64,000 nt of DNA from Azolla caroliniana (Eukaryota; Plantae; Polypodiophyta): positions 25,358,001-25,422,000 of the forward strand of contig JBHGNT010000002.1 of assembly GCA_043228905.1 (NCBI GenBank), in the 5' to 3' direction. The notes under the pieces were generated by a model. The model saw only the letters and a list, made by a program, of their open reading frames with translations, had not been told where the DNA came from and searched no databases. Below, piece after piece: positions 12,930 to 24,719 of this stretch (positions are counted from its first letter, which is position 1; every line of letters starts with the position of its first letter). The position numbers and the translations under genes were made by a program.

Positions 12930-14177
12930 GAGAAATGGAGAGAGAGAGAGAGTAGCACTCGAGCATATCGGGATCATGGGGAGCGTAGAGATAAACTATG
13001 TTGGTTTTGAACCTCGAGCGGAGCAAAGACAGAATATAAGTGTCACGTTTTTTAACCTCGCCAAGAGCAAGGACACATAGTGTCATATTTGCAAGTTACG
13101 AGAGAGACCTCTTCGATGAGATTTGATCACGCATTGTGTTTGTAGCTAAAAGCTTATCATACTCGTGTTGGTCCTTATCATATCGTTGTCCAAGCAAACA
13201 TTGTTGATTTTCTCCTTATGGTTCCACTTATGATGTACTTGTATCTCGCCGTTCAAGTTCAAGAATATGAGACTACATACATATCGTCTCCTACTTTCTA
13301 ATTAATGTAAGTAGGACCCTTTTACATAAGACCTCTTCCCTTTTTATAGAAGTCAAAAACCCTAAAGGGTGTCTTTCACATTACAAGCCCATTGGCAATT
13401 ATTCATTCTTACTTGATAAAGGGTAGTACTCCACAAAGTACAATATGCCCGTGTTTCTTCTATAGGTTTGGCCTATCATCAATAGTTTGTGTTAGAAAAT
13501 TACGCCTTATTGGCTTGTTAAATCTAAAGAGTCTAACATAATTTTCTAAACAACCCACCACACACTTTGGCATAAGTGCATGTTCACCATCTTTGTCACA
13601 TGAAATGAGAGATACTAATAGTATCAAATAACAAGATGTTATGATATTCTACCCACCCCTGTTAATGACATAGTGTGCTTGGAATCCTACATAATATAAA
13701 AACCAAACCCCCTCTCTTATGTCAATCGATTGGTAATAGATCAAGAACGCTCTTCTCATTGTAATAGTCCATTTATTTGCTAATGGAAGTTATTGTGTTG
13801 TGGTTGGTACATTGTCTTTCCCTTGCCCTCATAACACATATACATGGCTTTGATCTTACAATATTTTCCCCACTATTTTATAAAGATGTGCTTGGAACCC
13901 TATTTAAACCAAGCCCCTGTCTTATGTTATTGATTAGGAGTGTTCTAATCATCCACCCTCCTCCCTAAAGATCATAATCCCAAACTGTCCTACCTAGCAA
14001 TAAATAAAAAAATGCATAAAATATCCATTTCCTTAAGTTTTAACTATTATTATTTTTAAACCTAAGCCTTTGTTTTCTAAAGTCCCATTTCCCCTTTTCC
14101 ACTTGCTTGTCTCATCAACACTCCTAACATGTATTGTAACTTTATGTTCTCAAAATACCATTCAAGCTCAACAAATG

Positions 14178-14695
14178 TTTTTTTTTCCATTTCCAAAATG
14201 AAGCTACTTTCCCATTAGTTAGGAAGTATTATTACAAAGAGACTATACAAGGAGGCTTATACATGGATCGGGGAATCTCCCTCCGATCAAGTTCAAGAAA
14301 ATGAGACTAGTTACAATGCCTTTTGGACTAACTACTTAATGTAAGTACCTATACCTAAAAACGGTGCCCTTCAGTGATGGCTAGTACGAGACAACTCCTC
14401 AGGTCAACGGCGAAGGGAGGGTGGTAAGTGAGACGAAAACAGCCAGCGTGGGGGCTAGTAGTTCCACCTCGGGCCACTTCCTCCTTGTGTCATCATAGGC
14501 ATGTTCCGCCATTTCTGCCAAAAGCGCAAACGGGTAGTAACCACGTCATTAGAATGGCTGCAAACCTCGTCCAATTGCCCTCGTAGGTAGCTGATAAGTG
14601 CAAACCATATGTCCATGGTCACTTCCTCCAGGGGCCGCACCACATCCTGAAAGACCTTTAGGCAACACGCTTTCCATACATAAAACTACCTTTCC
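14178..14695 (-). mobile_element. 5'-truncated LINE 3' end (ORF2 C-terminus, 3'UTR, poly-A)
   Basis: Minus-strand translation VWKACCLKVFQD...IWFALISYLRGQ...GPRWNY*PPRWLF; T-run at 14178; ~290 bp strongly similar to 48789-49086. Confidence 0.8.
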
Positions 14696-15351
14696 CCTGA
14701 ATTTCTAAAGTTCCCGCTTAACACTATTCTCTACATATACCACACAAATATAAAATAATGAACGCACATTAAACATATATGTATCGAAGTATCTTCAAAT
14801 AGTTCTACTCATCCATACCAAATTGCACATACTTACACATACAAAATCTATACTCGTAAACATATCATATACATCCACATTAAAGACATACATGTGTAAA
14901 TTTGCGTGCACACATAAAACCAAAACATAGTCCACATTTACATGCATCCACACACACATGATCCAATCTCAAATAATTCTACATTTACATTACACGTAAA
15001 GGTATACACATATATTGGCAAATACAAACAAAATATTGTCACACATTTACATGTGCGCCCACGTGAAGCTACATATGCAATGGCATCACAACCATCTGCC
15101 TTGGTTTAGGTCATCCACTATCATGCTTGCATCATTCACATCGTTCTTACTAATTCTAGCAACATGAATGATGTGAGAAGGATCGTCACGAACCACAACC
15201 AAGGTAGCCAGATTTGAGACATTGCATATGTAGGTTTGACAAAAATAGTGTTCTCATAGATGAAATGGATTGTGGAAGTTGTGGTTTGGTCATTCGAAAC
15301 ATTTGCTACTACATGCTTTGTGTAGTAGTTAGTGCCTATAATAATGTAGTT

Positions 15352-17450
15352 TTATTTTTATTTTTATTTTAACAAAACTACACCATAGTTTCCATTACCA
15401 ATCCAAATTCCAATAAGCCTATACAAAGCATATAATGATACAATCTAGTGGATGGTAAGATAGCGAAGAAAAGGTACATCCCTTATTAAGTCATAAGTGA
15501 AACCAAACTCCAATTATGGAGGAAACAACCATCAAGGGGGTACATATTGCCAAACCATTTTGTCATTTCTCTCCACAAAGACGAACAAATCCTTCCACTT
15601 TGCCTTTAAATGACTATTGTTTTAGAAAGATGGTATCTTCATTACCAGTGAAGGATTCATATTGACCTTTTAAAATTGAAATAAGCATCGACTAACTTTC
15701 TTTCACAAAATGAACAAGATTCTGCTTTATTTATTAAAACACATTTTTGCATCGATCTATCAAAATATTCCACAGAACCACCAATGATATCGTCGCCCAT
15801 ATTTTGGCATCCACATTCAACCGATTGAGCTTAAATATGGTATGTCCTTAACTTGCCTTCCCCTAGTTTGAAGGGTAAATGATATCTTTTCCCTTTCATA
15901 ATTATGCTTATCCACATTTACATCTATCCAAAAGACATTTCCCCATGTGATCACATTAGGTCCAAATGCAACATCAATGAGGCACAACATACGTTTCCAG
16001 ATAGAACATGCAACCATACAATTCCATAAGGCATGTTGCATTGATTCGAAATGAAACCCACAAAAAGAGTAAGTTTTGATTCTCTTTGCTATGCATCCCA
16101 TTCCATGACTGGAAGTGCATAATGGACACATAACCATCTAAATGTAATGATTTTGTGAGGAATCTACAGAGCCCATAACCATTTCCAAAACGCCAAAAAT
16201 GAATGTATAGGAATATTATTACTTAACCATACCTAAGTTGCGACCAACGATTCCTACTTCATTGGAATTCCCTACCTAATTTTATAGAGTAGTCAAAGAG
16301 AGAAACAATCTTACCATTAGCTTCTCTCCACCACCATTCCGTTGGATCCACTCTAACTCCAATAAGGGTTTACTACCACAAACCCAATATATCCCACAAA
16401 GGATTTACATTTTTAGGATGGGGATCAATAATACATACCTTCTCTGTTTTTGCAACCACCCTAATAGGCTTCCACTCCACTAAATTGACAAGGTCATCCT
16501 CCACAAAGACCCATTGCAATTTTCCCTCGGAAAGCTATTACATATACCAAGAAGGATTCATTAGATGTATATGTTGTTGTTCCAATTAAGACATCAAAGG
16601 AAGAGAATGCCCCGTACCATACATATGGTTTGAAGTAAAAGAAAAAGGCAAAACCCTATTACAAGCATTACTTATCTCTCGAAACATTAACTTACCACCT
16701 CTTATTGATTTCAAAGCTTGTTCCTTAACATCCCTAAAAGATTGATTAAAGATCAACCAAGTACCAACATTAGCCGCAAATGCATCATCAAACACCGCCC
16801 AATTTAATCTTGTCCTTCTTCCCAACATATTACCATAATCATCCTGAATCAAGGGGTTCTAGCAAATTGGTTGCCTTTTCCACCCGTCCTCCCATATAGG
16901 ATGTTTATGCACAAGATTAGGCAGTAAACACTTCCAAGCTCTTAACAAAGAGTTAAAGAATTTATCAAGAGTGAAAATAGAAGTCAAAGGCATATCCTCG
17001 TGCACAAACCATCGCCTCACATTTTGCTTCCAATGTCCACCTATACAAGGAACCAATTCTTTCCTATGTTCATGAAGTAACAACTTCCATGGCTCATTCC
17101 TTGGTAGCATACTTCTCACAACAAATTTCCCAAGTGTTGTCCCTGTCGACATAAATTATATTAAACCAAAATAGACCGATAATGATACAATGCTCTCGGT
17201 CCCTTTTTATAGGCGACCTGAGAGACTTCTCCAAGATATTACACTTGCATGTTCGGCAAGAACCTATAGTTATATTAACCGTTCTATTTTCTAAATTACT
17301 CTATTTTTTACTTGGCAAAAATACAAATCGAATTTTGTCCTTTCCCACTTGTCTAACTCCGACCTTTACAGTTCTGGTAGCCGACCAACTAACACCAAGA
17401 ATTCCCTTTGTTGATGTCATTGAAAAGGAAATTATTGTTTTGGTATTCTA
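15352..17450 (-). mobile_element. Degenerate L1-type LINE, 3' half of ORF2 (post-RT region, zf-RVT-like segment, C-terminus)
   Basis: Broken frames EPWKLLL, QPIC*NPLIQDDYG, CGFHFESMQHALWNC, WQYVPP*WLFPP; T-rich tail at the left end; colinear with 55720-57678. Confidence 0.8.
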
Positions 17451-17679
17451 AGCATTCATCATTGGGTGGAAGAATTGTGATTGCTAATCAAGTGCTTATG
17501 TCTTCGATGTGGTATATCCTCTCATCTTGGTTGTTTTCAAGATCTGTTCTCTCTCAACTACAGAGGCTTGTCCGCAATTTCTTATAGGGTACATCTGATG
17601 CAAATGCAAGATCTAAGGTTGCATGGAAGATGATAATATATCCTCCTCATGAGGGCGGATTAGGGTTGATATACCCAAT

Positions 17680-18140
17680 GTTTCAATGTAGTTATTTCTT
17701 GTTTGGGTGGCAACTAGTTTAAATGGAATCACGAAATCAAAACCCCATTTTTAAATTGGTTACAATGGGAGAATTAGTTGGTGTCCCATTGTTATTGACT
17801 AATCTATATGTTGACACTACTCATTTGCTTTCCTAAACATGTGTGCATCCTTTTGCACCATTGGCCACCATAGGCTACTTTTGTTACTACTTGTAAAAAC
17901 TGCTCTCACTTGCATAAGTGTGCATAAAAAAATCTCACAATGGGTTTCCTTGAGAACCCAATCATTTTCATGAGGGAAGATTTCCCTTTGTTTGATTTTG
18001 TCAATAGTGTGTAATATCCACTCCCTTATCCTTTGCTTCCAATAATGATAGATACATGGCAAATTGGAACTCCGAAATAGGTACAATTTGTGGGGTGGTC
18101 GACAAGGAGCATCAACATGCATCCTAGAATATAAAGGCAA
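17680..18140 (-). mobile_element. Gypsy-type LTR retrotransposon integrase relic
   Basis: LKETH...WWPMVQKDAHMF (integrase zinc-binding H2C2-like), followed after frameshifts by KWGFDFVIPFKLVATQTRNNYI (start of the rve core). Confidence 0.65.
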
Positions 18141-19814
18141 AACGTTACACTACAATTAATCCAAAGTGCATCTTGCACCATAGTTGAAAAAACATTCTCT
18201 TCATTGGACAGTCAGTAGTGGTTGTAAAAAACCCGCCAATTCTAATTTTTCACGCATAGTTGAATGAGCATGTTGTCTGTGGTGCAGTCTAATGCATAGG
18301 CACATACATGAAATTCCTAATTCTAATATGGAGGTTGTATATCCAGAGCTTGGGAAAACATCATTTTTTATTGACCTAATGGAACCTACATGAGGTGGTT
18401 ATCAATCTCCTCTTTGACTCAAACAACATAGTTGGGTGTGAGTCAATACCAATGTTGCTAGATGAGCCTCATATTAGTTCTTAGTTCATAGAACCTTGGT
18501 CCAAAACTTGCATATTCTCCGAAGAGGTGAACATAATACCTTGAGTATATTAAGCATGGAGGTTCATTGTTGAACTTTGCCAAGAGATGAACACCTTACT
18601 TTGCCAATAACGGGAACCAATATCATAGTTTTCATTACATCTTTATTCCAATAATTAAGTAGCTACCCTTGAGGTAAGGTAGCATTGCATTGTTAGTTGT
18701 GTCATGCAAGTGCTAGGAAGCAAGGATAAACATTGACGATTGCCCATAACGTATACTACTAAAACTCATCATGACAATACTAGCCATTTTAGATCGTAAT
18801 AAGTTTTCAAAAAGTATCATTGTGCATACATGAGCAATAATTTACAAGGGCATGATTAAAAACCTCTTGTATGACATATATAAATGTAATGCTTTGTGCT
18901 TAAGCATGTAACGTATGGTTGTTTATATAGTTCCGTTATTTTCATCATTCTCTTTTCTTTTATTCATATGTCAATCCTTTCCCATCGCAAACCCTTACAT
19001 TTCCTTGTATGGTTTGCATGTTACACTTGAATAGTAGTCACCACTAGGATCACTATTACATTCCTCATCAATAATTTCTGAAGTATGATACAATTGAATG
19101 AGAAGTAAACTTTAGAAATATTATTAGACTTACACATAAGTGTTAATAATTAGATAATTAACTAGGGATTATGTGAATATTTAATCACGTGCATGATTAA
19201 GTTGCGGACGATTATGTGATATGTGTGTGTGAGAAAGAAGGAGAGGAAGTCACACTTGAGTGAAGGATGATTAACGAGTGTAGCACACAAAGCTCTTACA
19301 TATATTAAAAAGACATCATCAACAAAAATACCCACAATGAGGTATATATACATATCATGTGCAACGGTGCACATGTGTGAGGAGAATATAAGTACAACGG
19401 TGTAAGCCCTACATTAAATGAGCTCAATAGTTGGGAATCTAGAGACCTCCCACTTAAATACTATAACAAAATCCCTTATAATCAACATTCAAAATAGATT
19501 CTATTTATGTAACTACTAAGTTACATGGTTGACTAAAACTACTAGACTTAGTTGAGCTTAATATCTCAACAATAAGAAATAAAATATGATGTGATTTAGC
19601 TACGGTATGTTAGCTCTATGTCGTATCATCATTTGTTTGTGTTCACTAAGCCACTCCTTTCTCAATACATTGCATTATTATTGTTGACAAGAGTTGACAA
19701 TGCCAACTATCATTAGATATTTGGTGGAAAGTTAAATAAATTTGAACATATTTTACCATGGACAATGTGTTATAACCATAAGCTTTAAGAACCAATTACA
19801 GGTAGATGGCTGGA

Positions 19815-20872
19815 AACTAGTTATTATAGGACTTGGGTCAAACTCATAAGGATCTATAACACATGGGAACACATGGTGATACGGGCCCCTTAGGTGTTGG
19901 GCTATGTAAAGGGGACTAACTATCCCCTTAGACATTGGTGAGGCTAAGCTCTCTTCTTTGAATCCACTATTCAACCACCAAGGTATAAACATCAAGTTAT
20001 ATTCCAATACATGGGACAACAATGGTACTTTACATTTGGGGGTGGTCTATGTGGTTAAGCTTCCATTAATCTAGATTATTATATCAATCATCATTAGTTT
20101 GATCCACAATACTAGGCATAACCTTAAGTAATAACGCTATAACCAATTTTAATGGGTTTAAGGAAGAGTGGTTGGGAAATCTATTTCCCTAGGAATTTAG
20201 ACAAACGCACAAGGACCAATGATAGATTAGTACGAGCATGTGGTGGTTTGGGAGCAATAGGTGTTGGGCTATGTAAAGGAGACTAGGTACCCCATGTTCT
20301 TATGATTTTTTGAGATGTTGTTATGACTCTATTGGTGAAGTTATGCTATCTTCTTCAGATCCATCATTCATCTACCAAGGTATAACATAAGGTAATGTCC
20401 AATCGTATGGGAAAAGTCCAATAGTATTTTAGGTTTGTGTCATCTCCTTTGCTCAATATGGTTATGTACCCTTAACTCAATCTTGTCCTTTATCTCATTT
20501 TATATCGACCATCATTAGTTCGATTTGGGAAACCTATTATCTTAGGAATTGAGATAACCCCATAAGGACCTATGATAGACAAGTATGAGCATGTGGTGGT
20601 TTGGGAGCCTTAGGTGTTGGGATATGTAAAGGAGACGAGCCACCCCATGTTGTTATGACATTTTGAGATGTTGTCGAGACTCTATTGACAAGGTTACGCT
20701 CTCTTCTTCGGATCCATCATTCATCTACCAAGGTATAACATAAGGTAATGTTTAATGGTATGGGACACCAATAATATTTTAGGTTTGTCTCATGTCCTTC
20801 TCTTGGGGATGATCGGTATGGTTAAGCACCCTTAACTCAATCTTGTCTTATATCGACCATCATTAGTTTGAT
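19815..20872. repeat. ~350-bp-period tandem repeat, three copies (first most diverged)
   Basis: taggtgttggg(c/a)tatgtaaagg at ~19890, ~20257, ~20611; gatccatcattcatctaccaaggtataacataaggtaatgt at ~20359 and ~20711; atcattagtt at the end of each unit. Confidence 0.85.
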
Positions 20873-22707
20873 GCATAATAAAATGAACGCCAACTAATAT
20901 AACCACAAACTTGAAATGAATACCATGAGAATTTATGTCAAGTCATACGTGTAGGTTTGCTTAGTGAGCATCTTGGGAGAGGGGTACATCAAGAGAGGTT
21001 CATGACTCAGTAGCTCTACCCCCCCTAGCCAACAAATCACCCATATTGCTTTCAGTGATATCAATGTCTATTGCGTTCAGAAGCTTGCTAGTTGTGTTTA
21101 GATGCGTGTTGAAATATAATAGGTTTTGTCATGCAACCGTTTGTTGTTATGTGGACAACAATTGCCCACCTCCCTCCCCCCTTATTTGTGATCTAAGGTG
21201 TCACACAATGATAGTCAAATATATATGAAAGTGACATGTATATATATAGATACTTAGTGTGAACATAGACTGATATGTATATGCGGTGCACCTAACTAAT
21301 GGGAAGCAATTTTTTATCGGAAAAGAAAAAGTATGGATGAACAAGCCATTCCACGTCATGTGAGTAACAACAAATGAAAACAAGTAAACTCCATTTAGAT
21401 TCCATATGAATTGAAAGATAGCCCCAATAAAACACATTTTCCTTCTTTATGATTTGTTTTCTTGGACGGAAACAATATGGTCCAAAATAATTGATCAATT
21501 TTGTCATTCTATGTTTAATGGTGCCATAATCCAAAGGCTTTGGTTGAAGGCAAAATTGAATGCACCATGGTTACAAGCACCTTAGTTGTTCTTGATTGCC
21601 ATTATATCAGTACACTTGATATCATACCTACCATTTGGAATCCTTTTAGGCACATGCAGATATTATTTATATTTTGTAATGAAAAGATAGTTAAAATGGA
21701 AAATATGTGGTAGAGTGGTAACTCACGGAATTAAACTCACATTCATGGACGAATCATATTTGTTTTAGAAAAAAGCTTTAGTTCTCTTTAGTCATTATTG
21801 TAGGATAGGAAAATATGTGTTCATGAGGACACACTTTTTAGTCATATGATGTGCTTTAAAATATAACATACAATGTGTCTTCATATATGTTGACATAATG
21901 ACTGTCGAGGATAAATTGAGGCTATTCACATGTGCTAGTTTTCATGTGTAAATAGAGGACATTTTGTCGCCATGAAGACAATTATGGGGGTTGAAGTTAT
22001 ATCAACACTTGAACCCGTGGCTTGTATTTGATATTGTAGAAAATAATCAATAGAAGCATACCAAGAAGTATTGGTAGTTGAGTACAACTAGGAGAGTTTG
22101 TAAATAAATTTAGATAATAAAAAAAGGTAAATGTTTGCAACCATAAATTGTTTCAGTGATACTTAATTACGAGGATCGATGCTTAACCTAATAAGGTTAG
22201 AAGTCTTTATGCTTCCTAAATGTAGACTCGTTCTCCTTATATCAATGAATGTCAGGTATTAACTTAAAATTATTCGTAGGAAAAGAGAAAACCTTCTTAA
22301 ATGCACAACCCCTTTCTAGACCATGTAATGGATATGACATAAAAAGGGTAGCTACACCAGTTACCACACCCGCCCCTCGATATTTTCATTTATGACGAAA
22401 TGGACAAAAGCCAACATGTTTGATAACTCTTCCAAATATCTCTCTATATATAGGTGGCGATGTGCCATAAGGTTATTTATTCCCTTGAGACCAATGTTCT
22501 TTGCAATTCCATTTGACTCGCGAAGAGACAAATAATAAAAAAGAGACAACGTGTAGGATTACAATTGTCAAACATTGTGTTTTCGATCAGATACAAACCT
22601 AAGAAAGGATATAAGAAAACAAGACAAAAATCGGTTTATGTTAGCATATTGGGCATGTAGAGATATTTGAATTATATCGTTGTTGCATGTAGTTTGAGCC
22701 TTGAGGT

Positions 22708-22708
<1 letters not shown>

Positions 22709-22746
<38 letters not shown>
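22709..22746. repeat. (CA)n microsatellite
   Basis: Direct reading. Confidence 0.95.
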
Positions 22747-22750
<4 letters not shown>

Positions 22751-23770
22751 CAAGGTAATTACGAATACATTTTAAATAATGGACTTTCATGGTTGCACCT
22801 TCTATTTTTAGGTGGCCGATTTAAAGAGCCAACACTGTACAAGTATTGAATATTCATGGTTTGAATTGATATTATACTTAGATTCTACATATTTATGGGG
22901 CTTACCTATAAGACCTTCAATGCCATAACACCATGAAATGTATCAATGCTTGGATGCCGATATTTGGTGATGAATAATAGTATGTATTAGATATAAGAGT
23001 CGTTGATTTTCAATATTTGAAATAACTAAACACATTAGGACGTCACAATTAATTATGGGTAGCTAGATTGGTATTAATCAATAACAATAACAACTATCAT
23101 TTTGTGGCGTCAAATTTAAGCAAGGGGCTAATCGAATGAGATGGAAACTAAGATCACATTTGCCTTTTGGAAGGAATAAATTAAGTGGATTCATTTGTCT
23201 CATCTGCCTTATATTTGAATAGATCGATTTTTGAAAAACAATAAACTATTTTCACACCTTCACTGACAACCCTTTGGAAATTGATGCTTTTGATCAATTG
23301 AACATTGAAGCTTCTTCTTTTTTACCAAATGATGGGGGAACATATTTTCACAAGACATGAAGAAACTTAGAGAGGGGACATTGACAAGCTGGTTGGCGAG
23401 GATGCAAAAAGCTTAGATTTTTCTGTCGAACCACAGAAGCCGAGGACGGTGGAGTTAACGAAAAATCAACGAGAGCCTTGGTGTTTTTTCCGAGATAAAG
23501 GAGTGAGAGCCCCACAAAAGGTCAACCAAAACAAAAAAAAACATAAGTGCAAACGAGGGAGGATGACATAGGGGGTTCGGTACACAACAAGTATAAAGAC
23601 AAAAGAAGTCATATATATGTATAATTTTATTTTATTTAGTAGACGAGGGGTGTCGACAACTTTACACCTGTTTTTCGTAATGTTGGTTATTTGAGGCTTT
23701 CAATGAAGGATGCCAAATCTCCATGAGAGCTGCCATGGATCTCTCTCTCTCTCTCTCTCTCTCGCTCTCT

Positions 23771-23810
23771 TTTTGGTCTTAGAAGACGTTAATATACCTT
23801 TCTTTCTTTC
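23771..23810 (+). repeat. 40-bp element, copy 2, embedded in a (CT)n tract
   Basis: ttttggtcttagaagacgttaatatacctttctttctttc. Confidence 0.9.
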
Positions 23811-23968
23811 TCTCTCTATTTGTGCCCCATAGGCGGCGATCCGATTAGTCTCTCATATTACATATCAATCTCCCAAACGAATCGAAAGGCGAGACGCAAA
23901 TCATTCATTCATAAAATGGCGGAAAGACAATCGGGTGGGCCTTGGGCGAGGGTGCGGGCCAATGACAA

Positions 23969-23987
23969 CCAATGAGAGGATGACACG
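23969..23987 (+). promoter_or_regulatory. ERSE-like element (CCAAT-N10-CACG)
   Basis: ccaat gagaggatga cacg, with another CCAAT 10 nt upstream. Confidence 0.5.
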
Positions 23988-24126
23988 GGGCGGTATTTTG
24001 AGGCATTTGCGAGTGGGGGGGTGGGGGGGCAGTGAGGTAAAGTCTTTTCTTTCTTTAAACAAAACAAAATAATAAAATAAAATAAATATAATTTATAAAT
24101 ATATGTAATTCGCCGGAAGCGGTAAT

Positions 24127-24145
24127 CCAATGGGAGGCTGCCACG
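24127..24145 (+). promoter_or_regulatory. Canonical ERSE-I (CCAAT-N9-CCACG) overlapping a G-box (CACGTG)
   Basis: ccaat gggaggctg ccacg(tgg), upstream of the CT-rich 5' leader of the HHP gene. Confidence 0.6.
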
Positions 24146-24719
24146 TGGAGGGAGCAGAAAGCAGAAACCGGAGAGCGGAAAGCAGAAAGCAGAAAGCAGA
24201 AAGCAGAAAAGCAAATGCTGCGAGGAAGAAAACGCACAATCCTCTCTCTCTCTCTCTCTCTCTAATCTCTCTCATCTCTCATCTCTCTCTCTCTCTCTCT
24301 CTCTCTCATCTCTGTCTCTCTCCTTTCTCTCTCTCTCTGCGTTCCGCGGGAGGCATTTTTGGAACTAGATACCGGTTCATATTTCGATCCTTCTCTCTCT
24401 ACTCTCTCTCTCTCTCTCTCTCTCTACAGTCTCTCTGTGTCTGTCTCTACAGTCTCTTTCTCTCTGTCTCTCTTTCCATCGCCATTATATAGAGTCTAGA
24501 CATACATACATACTGATACAGTACGTTCTGATACAACAGCCTCACTTCCTGCATCCTCCCCAATCTTCCCCCTCTGGAAGGAAGGAAGGAAGGAAGGAAG
24601 GAAGGAAGGCCCATTTGCATTTCCCCGCAAATTTGGGCCTTCTCCCCCCCTCCCCCCCTTCGAAGATTGGCTCCCTCTGCCTCTTTTCCTCGTTTGATCC
24701 TTCCTATCCATCCCCAGCC

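Noticed and set aside
19141-19487. TG...CA bounded LTR-like segment
   Set aside because: No target-site duplication or partner LTR found
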